Shown: positions 37,023-47,593, counted from the first letter of the stretch. The stretch is 49,709 nucleotides of DNA from Candidatus Gastranaerophilales bacterium (GCA_017461425.1 JAFTXY010000010.1:1-49709), one strand, 5' to 3'. Notes: a model not told the origin generated them from the letters alone. Numbers and translations are program-made.

Positions 37023-38656
37023 TGGCTAATTCTTCAGAAAAAATGAAGCTAAGAGCAGAATTGATGTCAGTTTTAAACAAGTACACAACTGCTATTGAAA
37101 TCGACAACGATCAATTAAAAAACGATATAGAAATTTTAAAAGAATTTCCTGATAGAGAATTTCTGTGTAAAGCTTTATTTAAAGAACTCTTAGGAAAAGA
37201 TAATTTGTACACAAACGTTTGTGCAATTATTATCATTGAAGCTGTTGAAAATGAAATCTTTGAAGCTCAAGTTTATGATTTATTAAAAGATGAAAAAGTT
37301 TCTGATGATAAAAAATTCTATTTCATATCAATCTTAAAGCAAAAAGGTTTAACTTTTGACTACGATACCATTGACAATTACATCATGCATCCAGAAGAAC
37401 TTGCACAAAATGGTGTTAAAGACTTCTTAAACAATGCAATAGAAGACCCTGAAGTTCAATTAGATTTATTAGATTTTTATGTAAATATACCAGAAGACGA
37501 AAGACTTTCATTATTAAACAATTTAATAGAAGAATTCCAAGGTGATGATTTAGGGAATGCGCTAAGTTTAATTGCACAATTAGATAATTTAAGTGTTGTC
37601 GAGCTTGAATATTTAGTAAATGGATTAATCAAAGCAAAATCATCCTATAGCATTGAAGGTTTAAGACATATCTTAAATAATTATAAGTTTGACAAAAAAT
37701 CCACAAAAACTATCACAACTGCAACAAAAGAAATAGAATTTGCGCATCCAAATTTCATAAACACAGCCTTAATTAAAGATACAAAAGTTCTTAGCGCATA
37801 TATGAGCTTTATTGATGGAAATTCTAATTTTTCATTAACTCTTTCAAGATTAAGAGAAAACAAAACTGTTGACGTCGTATTAATTACAATAAACATTATG
37901 CAAGGTATAACTTCCTGCATGGGTTTTGGTTCGATTAACCAAGAAAACTATAATGCCGTAATGAATAGAGTCTTTAGCGATTCAATACCAATAAAAATTC
38001 CGCCATCAATCCTTAAAGGATTAAGCAAATATTACTATGAAAAAAATAAAAAATTAAAAATACAATTAACATATGAATATATTGTTTGGAAAAACTTATT
38101 CAACGACATCAAAGACTTAAAAGGAGATGTTGCAGAAATTATCAACTCCAAATTAGATACTGTTAATTTAACAGAGAGAAAAGTTAGAAAATTCTCAAGT
38201 TCTAATTTATTAAGCAGATGGTACTATTTATATGGTCAAAATGAACATATCGACGAATTAATTAAAACACTAGAACAAGAACACATTGTTGATATGGAAA
38301 AAATTAACGAATTAACTGAAAAATTAACTCAAGAAAAATTCGTAAACGATAAAAACTATAGACTAGAATTGCAAACAAGATTATTGCTTCAATCATATGC
38401 GGCATTTCAGGCAGATTTAAAAATGATGTCAGCAAATGCATATAGTTTATGTTTTGAAAATCCATATATTCCAATTTTAGTAAATTCAATTATAGATAAG
38501 AGTTTATATTGCTATTTTGCTCAAAAAATTGAAGATATCGAAGAAGGAATTGAAGAAAACGTATTTAAAAACGAAATAGAGTCTAAATATACAAAAGAAG
38601 AAGCAGTTATTCTTATGGAGCAACTGGAAGAAAAATGGAACCAAAAGAAAGAATAG
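37022..38656 (+). CDS. Hypothetical protein (~544 aa from the ATG at 37022). TAATG stop-start coupling with the upstream ClpX-ZnF gene.
   Basis: The track ORF starts at 37001, inside the upstream gene. The in-frame ATG at 37022 overlaps the TAA stop by one base. Confidence 0.5.
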   Translation: MANSSEKMKLRAELMSVLNKYTTAIEIDNDQLKNDIEILKEFPDREFLCKALFKELLGKDNLYTNVCAIIIIEAVENEIFEAQVYDLLKDEKVSDDKKFYFISILKQKGLTFDYDTIDNYIMHPEELAQNGVKDFLNNAIEDPEVQLDLLDFYVNIPEDERLSLLNNLIEEFQGDDLGNALSLIAQLDNLSVVELEYLVNGLIKAKSSYSIEGLRHILNNYKFDKKSTKTITTATKEIEFAHPNFINTALIKDTKVLSAYMSFIDGNSNFSLTLSRLRENKTVDVVLITINIMQGITSCMGFGSINQENYNAVMNRVFSDSIPIKIPPSILKGLSKYYYEKNKKLKIQLTYEYIVWKNLFNDIKDLKGDVAEIINSKLDTVNLTERKVRKFSSSNLLSRWYYLYGQNEHIDELIKTLEQEHIVDMEKINELTEKLTQEKFVNDKNYRLELQTRLLLQSYAAFQADLKMMSANAYSLCFENPYIPILVNSIIDKSLYCYFAQKIEDIEEGIEENVFKNEIESKYTKEEAVILMEQLEEKWNQKKE

Positions 38657-39051
38657 TTGCTCTTGATATTGGAACAAAAAGAATAGGTGTAGCAGTTTCT
38701 GATGCATTAGGTTTAGGAGCTAGCCCAGTTAAGCTAATACAAAGAAATAATGACAAACAAGCGCTATCAGAAATCGAAAAAATATGTAATGAATATAGAA
38801 CAAATACAATTTTAATTGGCATTCCATACAACATGGATGGGACATTGGGTTTTCAAGCTAAAAATTGCTTAAACTTCATAAAACCATTAGAAAACAAATA
38901 TAAGATATTAAAGCAAGATGAAAGATTATCATCTCAAGCAGCAGAAGATATCCTTAAACAAAAAGGCAAAAAATATACAAAAAACAAAGGTCTTGTTGAC
39001 ACAACTGCTGCGTGTGTGATATTACAAGAATATCTAGAAAATAACAGATAG
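38635..39051 (+). CDS. ruvX: YqgF/RuvX putative pre-16S rRNA nuclease / Holliday-junction resolvase-like (138 aa).
   Basis: IVALDIGTKRIGVAVSD N-terminal motif. Confidence 0.8.
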   Translation: MEPKERIVALDIGTKRIGVAVSDALGLGASPVKLIQRNNDKQALSEIEKICNEYRTNTILIGIPYNMDGTLGFQAKNCLNFIKPLENKYKILKQDERLSSQAAEDILKQKGKKYTKNKGLVDTTAACVILQEYLENNR

Positions 39052-39059
39052 GGAAAGAC

Positions 39060-39347
39060 ATGGAACAAGAAAACACTCCACAAATTATCAAAACCATCGG
39101 CGAAAATGGTGAAGAAATTTTTATGAAATTACAAGAAATAGTTAGTCTTGATGGTAAAGATTACGCATTATTATCAATAGTTGAAGATGATAAATTGCCA
39201 ACAAATGACAACGATGAAGCAGACGAACTAGTTATTATGAGAATGATAAAAACAGATGATGAATGCACATTTGAAATTATTGAAGACGATGATGAATTCA
39301 ATTCTGTTGCACAAGCTATAACTGATAGCGAAGATTTCGAAGAATAA
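39060..39347 (+). CDS. DUF1292-family acidic protein (yrzB-like), 95 aa.
   Basis: Acidic composition, YALLSIVEDD core, and conserved position immediately after ruvX/yrrK. Confidence 0.6.
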   Translation: MEQENTPQIIKTIGENGEEIFMKLQEIVSLDGKDYALLSIVEDDKLPTNDNDEADELVIMRMIKTDDECTFEIIEDDDEFNSVAQAITDSEDFEE

Positions 39348-39374
39348 TATTATTTTTAAAAATCAAGTCCGAAA

Positions 39375-40412
39375 TTAAACTCTTTGAAGAATTTCATCGA
39401 CTTGATTTTTTTGTTTCATAATTTTTGCTCGTTTATTTCTAAACAACATATCACAAAATGCTTCAATTCTAGTTATAAAACCAGCTTCGCCAGTATGTTC
39501 ATCGATTGTTAGATTTAATATTGGCTTATTAAAATTCTTAGATTTTCTTCTAATATCTTCAAGCATTAAACTATCTGGACCGCAACCAAAAGCAGTCAAT
39601 GTAATAATTCCATCAATTTTTTCATCTTGAAGGTAGTGTCCTGCGCATCCTGTCATTTCATATTGATTTGCCCAATATAAAGAAGAATTTAGAGCATTCA
39701 TACCACCTTTTAGCTGTTCTTGAGTTAATTGATATGCATTCAGTACTCTTACATCCATATTTTCCAATTTTTTAAATATATCCATGCAAATTCTTTTATC
39801 ATAGATATTATACGCATGACCAATTAAAGCAATACTTATAGGTTTTTCTTCTTTTTTTGGCGGAATAATAACTTGTCCATTTTTTGCATATTTTAACGCT
39901 TCATCAAATTCTAATCCATTTTGAACCATGACATTAAAATTATTTTGTACAACAAAACCTTGGTTTTGAGCTTTTTTGATAACCTCAGCGTCTGTAATAT
40001 TAAATTGTTTTGCAATTTCAGTTAAAAATTCATTCAATCCAGCATTTTTTTCAGATTTGTCTAAAGTTGCTTCAATTATGTTAAATTCACCCTTAACAAC
40101 ATTTCTGATTAAATCAGGAAGTCCTCTAATTTTAGAGCAATTATAGATTTTTGGTGCAATAGATTGAATAGAAGGAACAAAAATATTTTCTACGCCTTTT
40201 TCTAGCAAATTCAAAATATGTCCAACATATACTTTAACAGGCAAACAAGTTTCAGTAACAACCAAAGAAGCGCCATCAGAAATTGTTTTTTTTGTAGTTG
40301 GAGCAGATAAAACTATTTCAATATCTAAACTATTAAAGAAACCATACCAAAATGGAAAATAATTATAGTATGACATTGCTCTTGGTATTCCGATAACTTT
40401 TTTATTTTTCAT
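39375..40412 (-). CDS. DUF2229-like protein (CoA-substrate-specific enzyme activase-associated / 2-hydroxyacyl-CoA dehydratase-related), 345 aa.
   Basis: Overall resemblance to the DUF2229 family: N-terminus KVIGIPRAMSYYNYFPFWYGFF, conserved Cys pairs. Moderate confidence. Confidence 0.4.
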   Translation of the reverse strand: MKNKKVIGIPRAMSYYNYFPFWYGFFNSLDIEIVLSAPTTKKTISDGASLVVTETCLPVKVYVGHILNLLEKGVENIFVPSIQSIAPKIYNCSKIRGLPDLIRNVVKGEFNIIEATLDKSEKNAGLNEFLTEIAKQFNITDAEVIKKAQNQGFVVQNNFNVMVQNGLEFDEALKYAKNGQVIIPPKKEEKPISIALIGHAYNIYDKRICMDIFKKLENMDVRVLNAYQLTQEQLKGGMNALNSSLYWANQYEMTGCAGHYLQDEKIDGIITLTAFGCGPDSLMLEDIRRKSKNFNKPILNLTIDEHTGEAGFITRIEAFCDMLFRNKRAKIMKQKNQVDEILQRV

Positions 40413-40571
40413 ATATTTATTCCCTCTTTATTCATAATACCTTAAACAAGATAAAATCTCTAAATTCCATAATTAATTTTTGTTACTATTTTTAATTAAA
40501 ATGTTGTAATTCTAACAATAAAATTTAAATGTTCGTTTTAAAATATAATATAAGTGCTTATTTAGGAAATT

Positions 40572-43463
40572 ATGTCTTTTCAATATATAAATCCATATTT
40601 GGTGCCAAAAAACAATTATAATCAATTTTATCAGGCTAATAATTTTAGCCAATTCAGCACACCTCAATATGTGCAAAATCCATACGAGGCAAGTTTTTAC
40701 AATCAAAATTATATTTATCCATTTAATCCATTATATATGCCTAAAATTGGACAAAATTATTTCTCATTAGGGCAAATTCAAACACCAAATAATGACACTG
40801 TGCACTTGTTTCAATTACTAAACGGTCAAAAAGTAGCAATAGTTCCAAGAAAAGATGAAGCAACAATCGTAAAAACTTATCTTGATGGCGGTTCAATGAA
40901 TGAAACCGACAAAATAAGAGGTATAAGCCATTGTATTGAGCATTGTTTATTTAAAGGTTCAGACAAACTTGAAGATGGTGATGTATTTAGATTAACAAGT
41001 CTTATGGGCGCATCGACAAATGCATCAACTGACTATGCTCAAACTGATTACTATATAACTGCCCCATATATGGATTGCGAAAATCTAGCAAAAACTATCG
41101 AAATTCAAGGCGATATGATTTGTAATCCTAAATTTGATATTAATGCAATAGAATCAGAAAAAGGTCCTATAAAATCGGAAATATCAATGATAAATGATGA
41201 TGTTTTTACAAGAGCATTTGATAAAGTTATTAGAAATTTATTCCAAATAAATTCAACTTCTGACAATCTCGTTGCAGGCTCTATTGAAACTGTATCAAAT
41301 TTAACAAGAGAAGATATTGTTAATCATCATAATAAATACTACACTCCACAAAATCTTTATACTGTAGTAGTTGGAGATGTTGATGTTAATGAAACAATGG
41401 ATTTAATTTCAAAAAACTTCACTTTACCAACAAAAACAAATACTGGTCAATTAAAAGAAATTTTAACTCCAATCCAAAAACCAGTACGAGAAGATATTAT
41501 TAGTCCTAAAATTCAATATACAGGCGTAATTATGGCTTTTGCAGGTCCAAAGCCACAAGATTCAAAAGATGCAATTGTAACTTCCATGATTAATTATTAT
41601 CTTCAAAATTGTTCAAGTTCAGACTTAAAGAAAAAATTAGAAGAAATAAGCGGGAGCTATGATTGTGCAACACAAAAAGTTGGGCTAAATCCAAATGACC
41701 CAACTGCAAAAGTATGTATGATTTCTCTAAATCCAAAAGATGAACAAAAAGGTATTGATATATTTTATGATGCCATTCAAAAACTTCAAAATAAACCACT
41801 AAGTAATGAAGATTTAATAGCAATAAAAAATATGATGAAAAAAGACGTAGAATACGAAATGTCTGATAGTGTCGGTATTTGCGAATCTTTAGGAAAAAAT
41901 TTATTAGGCAATTCGCTTGACGGTTTTAGTAATTATAAAACAATTCTAGAAAATGTAACTCAAGAAGATATAATCAATTGCGCAAGAAAATATTTTGACT
42001 TAAATAAAGTATCAATCGTTGTAGTGCACCCAAAAGACATTACAAAAGAAGAAATAGATAGCAATTATAATAGTTCTAAATATTCATACAATAACGTCGT
42101 TTTAAAACAACCAAATCAAACGATTGCTTTTACGGGTATGAAAAAAAACGTAGTTGAAAAAGTTGAAGAATATACCCTACAAAACAATACTCGACTTGTT
42201 TTAAACCCAACAAATTCAGATATTTGCGCATTTCAGTGGTCAATTAATACGCCACCAATAAAACCAAAAAATCCAAATGCGCCATCCGTTTTAGCATATA
42301 TGTTCCATAAAGGAACAACATATAAAAACCAAAACGAATTAGAAAAATTCAAAGAATTAAATGCAATTGATACAGATGTTTTTGTTAATGGAAGAAGTAT
42401 AGAGATAAGCGCAGATTGTCTTAGTGAAAATTGCCAAAAAACTCTTTCATTAATGAATGAACTATTGTATCATCCAAAATTCTCAAGAGAAGATTTTAAT
42501 GAAGCAAAAAGATACATAAAAGATTCCCTTAAGGCAAGTCAAAAAGATGCAACATCAAACTTGTTAGATAATTTATATCCAGGCTTTTTCCCAACGGAAG
42601 CAACAATGCTCAAAACAATAGATGATTTAACATTAGATGATGTAAAGGAATTTTATAGCCAGATTTTAAATAGCGCAAGCTCAACATTTGTCGCAACAGC
42701 ACCAATTAATACTCATCCTGAATTAAGACAAGAAATTATTAATTATCAAAGCGCATCAAATATAACTTTTAAAGATTCCACTCCAAAATTAAGCCCAATT
42801 TTTACACCAAATAAAGAATCCAATGTTGTAGTTGATACAGACACTTTAAATCAAGCGCAAATTTATAAAACATATAAATTCCCAATGTCTGGTAACATTT
42901 TAGATGAAGCTAAATTTGAACTAGTTAATACAATTTTAGGTGGTTCACCAAATTCTAGATTATTCAAAGATTTAAGAGAAAAACAAAATCTAGCATATAG
43001 CGTTTCGTCAACTATTCAATCTTTTGAAAATACAGGTATTATAACCTTAAAAATTCAAACAACAACAGACGACAAAGAACAAAACGTTCTAAGCTATGAT
43101 AATGTTCAAAAATCACTAGAAGGCTTCAATAAACATGTAAACCAATTATGTACCGAGCAAGTAACTGATGAAGAATTAGCTGCGGCAAAAATGAAATTAA
43201 AGCAAAATCTTACAGGAATTTGCCAAGACCCATTATCTGAAACAGGTTTATTAGCAATGAATGCTCAAGAACCATACGGAATCAAAAGAATCGACAAATA
43301 CATTGAAGCAATTGATAAAATTACAAAAGAAGACATACAAAAAGCGTCTCAATTTATGTTTTCATTTAATCCAACAATATCAATACTTGCAAGCCCAGAA
43401 ACAATCGATTCGCAAATTAATTATTTAAGAACTCAAGGCAGAATAGATTTTATTAATTCATAA
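40572..43463 (+). CDS. M16-family (pitrilysin/insulinase-like) zinc peptidase, 963 aa, with a ~78-aa Q/N/Y/F/P-rich low-complexity N-terminal extension.
   Basis: Inverted zinc motif HCIEH (HxxEH). Canonical M16 N-terminus VHLFQLLNGQKVAIVP begins at residue ~79. AGGAAA RBS at the upstream ATG. Confidence 0.75.
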   Translation: MSFQYINPYLVPKNNYNQFYQANNFSQFSTPQYVQNPYEASFYNQNYIYPFNPLYMPKIGQNYFSLGQIQTPNNDTVHLFQLLNGQKVAIVPRKDEATIVKTYLDGGSMNETDKIRGISHCIEHCLFKGSDKLEDGDVFRLTSLMGASTNASTDYAQTDYYITAPYMDCENLAKTIEIQGDMICNPKFDINAIESEKGPIKSEISMINDDVFTRAFDKVIRNLFQINSTSDNLVAGSIETVSNLTREDIVNHHNKYYTPQNLYTVVVGDVDVNETMDLISKNFTLPTKTNTGQLKEILTPIQKPVREDIISPKIQYTGVIMAFAGPKPQDSKDAIVTSMINYYLQNCSSSDLKKKLEEISGSYDCATQKVGLNPNDPTAKVCMISLNPKDEQKGIDIFYDAIQKLQNKPLSNEDLIAIKNMMKKDVEYEMSDSVGICESLGKNLLGNSLDGFSNYKTILENVTQEDIINCARKYFDLNKVSIVVVHPKDITKEEIDSNYNSSKYSYNNVVLKQPNQTIAFTGMKKNVVEKVEEYTLQNNTRLVLNPTNSDICAFQWSINTPPIKPKNPNAPSVLAYMFHKGTTYKNQNELEKFKELNAIDTDVFVNGRSIEISADCLSENCQKTLSLMNELLYHPKFSREDFNEAKRYIKDSLKASQKDATSNLLDNLYPGFFPTEATMLKTIDDLTLDDVKEFYSQILNSASSTFVATAPINTHPELRQEIINYQSASNITFKDSTPKLSPIFTPNKESNVVVDTDTLNQAQIYKTYKFPMSGNILDEAKFELVNTILGGSPNSRLFKDLREKQNLAYSVSSTIQSFENTGIITLKIQTTTDDKEQNVLSYDNVQKSLEGFNKHVNQLCTEQVTDEELAAAKMKLKQNLTGICQDPLSETGLLAMNAQEPYGIKRIDKYIEAIDKITKEDIQKASQFMFSFNPTISILASPETIDSQINYLRTQGRIDFINS

Positions 43464-43496
43464 AAAAACGAGTATCATATGATACTCGTTTTTATT
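43463..43496. terminator. Bidirectional terminator, perfect palindrome aacgagtatcat/atgatactcgtt flanked by A- and T-runs.
   Basis: 11-bp perfect stem between convergent genes. Confidence 0.65.
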
Positions 43497-43508
43497 ATTA
43501 ATGAAAAA

Positions 43509-44573
43509 TTATTTTTGAATATCTTTCATTGATAAACCAATTCTGTGTTCTTGTGGAGTGAATTTTTTGATTAATACATCAATTTCATCACCAAGATTGA
43601 ACATAGAATTGATATTTACTTGACCATCAGCAATTTCTGATGATGGAAGCAATGCTTCAACACCAGGATAAATATTGATAAAAGCACCAAAAGAAGTGAT
43701 TTTATTAATAGTACCTTTAATTACATCGCCTTCTTTAAATTTATCAACAATTTCTTCCCATGGGTTAGCACCCATTCTTTTTAAAGATAAAGAAATACGT
43801 TTTAAGTCTTCATCAATTTTGATAATTTTAACTTCGATTTTTTGACCTAATTGAATAACATCAGATGGATGTTTAATTCTTTCCCAAGAAATTTCAGAAA
43901 TTGGAAGTAAACCATCAATACCTTCAATATCAACAAATGCGCCGAAATCAGCAATTCTAACTACTTCACCAGTAACAATTTGATCAACAGCAAGTCTTGA
44001 AATGATTTCATCAGCAACCATTTCTCTTTGTTGAGTGTAAACTTGTCTTTGAGATAAGATAAGTTTATTTCTTTTTGGGTCAGCTTCTAAAATTTTAACT
44101 TCAATTTCTTGTCCAACTTGCATTTCAGAAGGAGCACCAGTTCTTAATTGGCTTGATGGAATAAATCCTCTTAAGCCTTCGATTTCAGCAATTAAACCAC
44201 CTTTAACAGAAGATAAAACTTTTGCCATGCAGTTTTCATTACCATTTTTAATATCAGCAAGTTTTTGCCAAGCTTGAGCACAAGAAACTTTTTTAAGAGA
44301 AAGAATAGCTACTTCATCATCTTCTTCATCTTTAATGATGTAGAATTCTTTTTCGTCCCACAATTTGATAATTTCATCAACATTTTTGTCTGGGAAATTA
44401 GAAATTTCTCTGTTAGGTAAGAATGCTTCAGTTTTAGCACCAATGTCTACTAAATAGCCATCTTTTTCTTTTTTTACAACTACACCTTTAACAACGTCAG
44501 CAACGTTGATTTTGTAAGTGTAAGAATTTAACAACAATTGTTCAAATTCTTGATTTGACATAGTTTCTGTCAT
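43509..44573 (-). CDS. rpsA: 30S ribosomal protein S1 (short four-S1-domain form), 354 aa.
   Basis: Repeated S1-domain signatures (GxV.G.V..I..fGaFV). Sits immediately downstream of ispH, an arrangement fused in some low-GC lineages. Confidence 0.8.
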   Translation of the reverse strand: MTETMSNQEFEQLLLNSYTYKINVADVVKGVVVKKEKDGYLVDIGAKTEAFLPNREISNFPDKNVDEIIKLWDEKEFYIIKDEEDDEVAILSLKKVSCAQAWQKLADIKNGNENCMAKVLSSVKGGLIAEIEGLRGFIPSSQLRTGAPSEMQVGQEIEVKILEADPKRNKLILSQRQVYTQQREMVADEIISRLAVDQIVTGEVVRIADFGAFVDIEGIDGLLPISEISWERIKHPSDVIQLGQKIEVKIIKIDEDLKRISLSLKRMGANPWEEIVDKFKEGDVIKGTINKITSFGAFINIYPGVEALLPSSEIADGQVNINSMFNLGDEIDVLIKKFTPQEHRIGLSMKDIQK

Positions 44574-44574
44574 T

Positions 44575-45498
44575 TTACTTTGTCCTTTCTATATTATATT
44601 CTTCTAATTTTTCTAAAACTTTTTGTATCAATTTATCTGGAGTTGAAGCACCTGCTGTAACACCGATATTATTTGCATTTAAGATTAAATTATTGAATTC
44701 ATCTAATTCGTATTCATTTTCTATATGAATAGTTTGAGTGATTTCTGATAATAATTGAGCCAAATGAGTTGTATTTGCACTTTTTTTAGATCCAACAACA
44801 ACCATTAAATCAGAATTTTTTGCTAATTTTTTAGCTTCTTCTTGTCTTAATGAAGTAGATGGGCAAATCGTATTGACTATTTTTAAAATTTTGCAAATTG
44901 GCATTAAATAATTAACAACTTCGAATAAATATTCTTTAGTTTGAGTTGTTTGTAAAACCACACCCACTTTTGAAGAATTTTTAATTTTATTTTCAATCTC
45001 TTTTAATGAATTTATATTTGGCGCAACAAAAACATTATCATGATTATCTGCAGCCCTTTGAGCATTTTTAGATATCGCTAAAACTTCAGGGTGCTCTTTT
45101 TTGCCTAAAATAATTACAAAAAAGCCGTTTTGAACTAATTCAACAGCTCTTGATTGAACTTTTTTAACATCAAGACATGTTAAATCAACAAGCTCAAATC
45201 CTCTTTTTTGAACTTCTCTGAAAACATCATCACTTTCGCCATGGCTTCTTATAATACAAATACCTTCACCATTATCAGGGAGGGAATCCAAAGTTTTTAT
45301 ACCAAGAGTTTCGAGCTCTTTAATAACATGAGAATTATGAATTAATTCTCCAAGAACACACACACTTTTGTTAATATTTTCTTGCTTTAATTTAATTGTA
45401 GTGTCTACGGCTCTTTTGACGCCATAGCAAAAACCTGCATTTTTGGCTAGTTTTATAGTCTTTTTAATGGTATTAAACCAACTTTCTTTAAGAGTCAA
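44575..45498 (-). CDS. ispH: 4-hydroxy-3-methylbut-2-enyl diphosphate reductase (307 aa).
   Basis: LytB/IspH motifs: FCYGVKRAV, HNSHV, NTICPSTS (the three Fe-S cysteines). Confidence 0.85.
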   Translation of the reverse strand: MTLKESWFNTIKKTIKLAKNAGFCYGVKRAVDTTIKLKQENINKSVCVLGELIHNSHVIKELETLGIKTLDSLPDNGEGICIIRSHGESDDVFREVQKRGFELVDLTCLDVKKVQSRAVELVQNGFFVIILGKKEHPEVLAISKNAQRAADNHDNVFVAPNINSLKEIENKIKNSSKVGVVLQTTQTKEYLFEVVNYLMPICKILKIVNTICPSTSLRQEEAKKLAKNSDLMVVVGSKKSANTTHLAQLLSEITQTIHIENEYELDEFNNLILNANNIGVTAGASTPDKLIQKVLEKLEEYNIERTK

Positions 45499-45581
45499 TA
45501 TTTATAGATAAATATTGCTAAAATTATTTAAACATAAACATTTTTTTAGTACAATAGAAATATAATATTTTAGGAGTTTAA

Positions 45582-46217
45582 ATGGAATACAATATTCAAA
45601 ACTATAAACAAGAGTTAATTTACTGGGCAAAAAGACTTTACGAAAAAGGAATGTCACCTGCTTGCAGTGGAAATATTTCAATTAAGCTTGATAAAAAAAT
45701 ATTAATCTCAGCTTCTGGCACCTGTCTAAATGATTTAACTCAAGAAGATATTGTCATCATAGATTACAACGGAAATTTATTAGAAGGTAATAAAAAACCC
45801 TCTAGTGAAAAAATAATGCATAGCGAAATCTATACAAAAAGAGATGATATAAATGCAATTATTCATTGCCATTGCCCATTGATAACTTCTTTTGCGGTAG
45901 CTGGAATTCCAATGAAAAAACCAATACTGCCTGATTTTGCGCTATATTACGACGAAATTCCTTTAATCCCATATCATTGCCCATCTAGCATAGAATTAGC
46001 AGAAGTTGTTGGAAAAACTTTTGAAAAAAATTCAGCAGCATTATTAAAAAACCATGGAATAGTGATGGGTGCAGATAGCTTAAAAAATGCATTTTATCAA
46101 TTAGAATTACTAAGAGCCTACACAGAAACCTATTTTGGTGCAGAAGTTTTAGGCAGAGCTAAATCTATTTCAAAAAAGAATGTCGAAGAAATTAAGAGAC
46201 TTTACAGAAAAAATTAA
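45582..46217 (+). CDS. Class II aldolase/adducin-family protein (fuculose-phosphate aldolase-like), 211 aa.
   Basis: PACSGNISIK...HSEIY...IIHCHCP...HG motifs of class II aldolases. Confidence 0.7.
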   Translation: MEYNIQNYKQELIYWAKRLYEKGMSPACSGNISIKLDKKILISASGTCLNDLTQEDIVIIDYNGNLLEGNKKPSSEKIMHSEIYTKRDDINAIIHCHCPLITSFAVAGIPMKKPILPDFALYYDEIPLIPYHCPSSIELAEVVGKTFEKNSAALLKNHGIVMGADSLKNAFYQLELLRAYTETYFGAEVLGRAKSISKKNVEEIKRLYRKN

Positions 46218-46261
46218 ATTGTAAAATTGACTCAATATAAAAATTTTAATATAATTAACTT

Positions 46262-46516
46262 ATGCAACCACTTATAACTCCAGAAAACGTTGAAAAACTA
46301 GTAGAAGATATCCTTGTTGATATCCATTCTTGGCGCAAAGAGATGATTCATTACATTAAAGATGAAAATCCTGAATTAAATACAGCCATCATAGAAATTT
46401 CACAAAAAGCTGATCTTGACCCCAAAGCATTAGCAACAGGAGCATATATGGCATATAAACTGTTGGAAAATGAAATTGGAGAATACGAAGCAGATTTTCA
46501 AGAAGAAGAAAATTAG
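46262..46516 (+). CDS. Small acidic hypothetical protein (84 aa).
   Basis: ORF with acidic C-terminus. No motif. Confidence 0.35.
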   Translation: MQPLITPENVEKLVEDILVDIHSWRKEMIHYIKDENPELNTAIIEISQKADLDPKALATGAYMAYKLLENEIGEYEADFQEEEN

Positions 46517-46552
46517 TTTTGTAATTTCAAATTTACAGGTTAAAATTATATT

Positions 46553-47404
46553 ATGAGTCAATTGAACGAAAAACAAATCGAGCAAGCAAAAAAACTTGCC
46601 AATATGTCTAAAATAGCTCAAATTTTAGAAAATATTCGTGGCGTTATTGCAAAAGATAAAAAGCAAAAACAACCCTTGATTTTGCGCATAAATGAAGCAT
46701 TTATTTTTAATATCGCAAGAAAAGCAATTACACAAAAAGACTCAACTTTTATTTTATCAATAGCAGGCGAAAGCGCTTCAGGCAAAACAACATTAGTTAA
46801 AAATACAGCAAAAGCATGTATAAAATCAGAAACAAATAATGTTTACAGTGTTCTTTGTTGTGATGATTACTATAAAGACGCATCAAAAGAACTAACAGAA
46901 GCAGGCTCATATGAAAAATTATTCGAATCAGGTTTCAGTTTTGATACACCTGATGCGATTGATTTGGATTTAATGAAAGAACATTTAATCAAATTAAAAA
47001 ACGGAGAAGAAATCTATTCTCCTTTGTATAATTTTGTTACTTGTGAAAGCAAAAAGGATACAGTTCTAAAAAAACCTGCAAAACTGGTTTTAAACGAAGG
47101 TTTATACGTTCTTCATGAAAAAGTTAGAGATATAACAGACGTTAAGATATACGTTTATACACCTTTCGAAGTTATAAAGGATAGATGGTTTGCTCGCGCT
47201 ACAAGCAGGGGGAAAACTGGTCTTGCTGCACAAATGCAATTCCATGATGTTAATCAAACAGCATTTAGACATATTCGTCCAACAATGGATATAGCCGATG
47301 TTGTAATCAATGGAATGACTACGCAAGAATACATAGAAGATTTTGTTCATGAATTAATTGATGCAATTGTTAGCGTTACAAGACAAAAACACACAACATT
47401 GTAA
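46553..47404 (+). CDS. Uridine kinase / phosphoribulokinase-family P-loop kinase (283 aa).
   Basis: Walker A SIAGESASGKTT. Size and DDYYK motif are typical of the Udk/PRK family. Confidence 0.65.
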   Translation: MSQLNEKQIEQAKKLANMSKIAQILENIRGVIAKDKKQKQPLILRINEAFIFNIARKAITQKDSTFILSIAGESASGKTTLVKNTAKACIKSETNNVYSVLCCDDYYKDASKELTEAGSYEKLFESGFSFDTPDAIDLDLMKEHLIKLKNGEEIYSPLYNFVTCESKKDTVLKKPAKLVLNEGLYVLHEKVRDITDVKIYVYTPFEVIKDRWFARATSRGKTGLAAQMQFHDVNQTAFRHIRPTMDIADVVINGMTTQEYIEDFVHELIDAIVSVTRQKHTTL

Positions 47405-47472
47405 TTAATGCATTTGTAGGACAATTTATTCTTGACAAACATAATTTATATTATATGATAATACTTGTCCAT

Positions 47473-47545
47473 TGGGGCGTCGCCAAGTGGTAAGGCACCT
47501 GGTTTTGGTCCAGGCATCTCGGAGGTTCGAATCCTTCCGCCCCAG
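47473..47545 (+). tRNA. tRNA-Gln (anticodon TTG). CCA not encoded.
   Basis: 5' half TGGGGCGTCGCCAAGTGGTAAGGCACCTGG nearly matches E. coli tRNA-Gln. Anticodon arm CCTGG-TTTTGGT-CCAGG, T-arm GGAGG-TTCGAAT-CCTTC, acceptor pairs with CGCCCCA + G73. Confidence 0.88.
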
Positions 47546-47561
47546 AATTTGAGAACAGTTT

Positions 47562-47593
47562 AACCCTTTGACTAACATGTCAAAGGGTTTTCT
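47562..47593 (+). terminator. Intrinsic terminator after tRNA-Gln (ccctttgac-taacat-gtcaaaggg + TTTTC).
   Basis: 9-bp perfect stem followed by a T-run. Confidence 0.65.
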
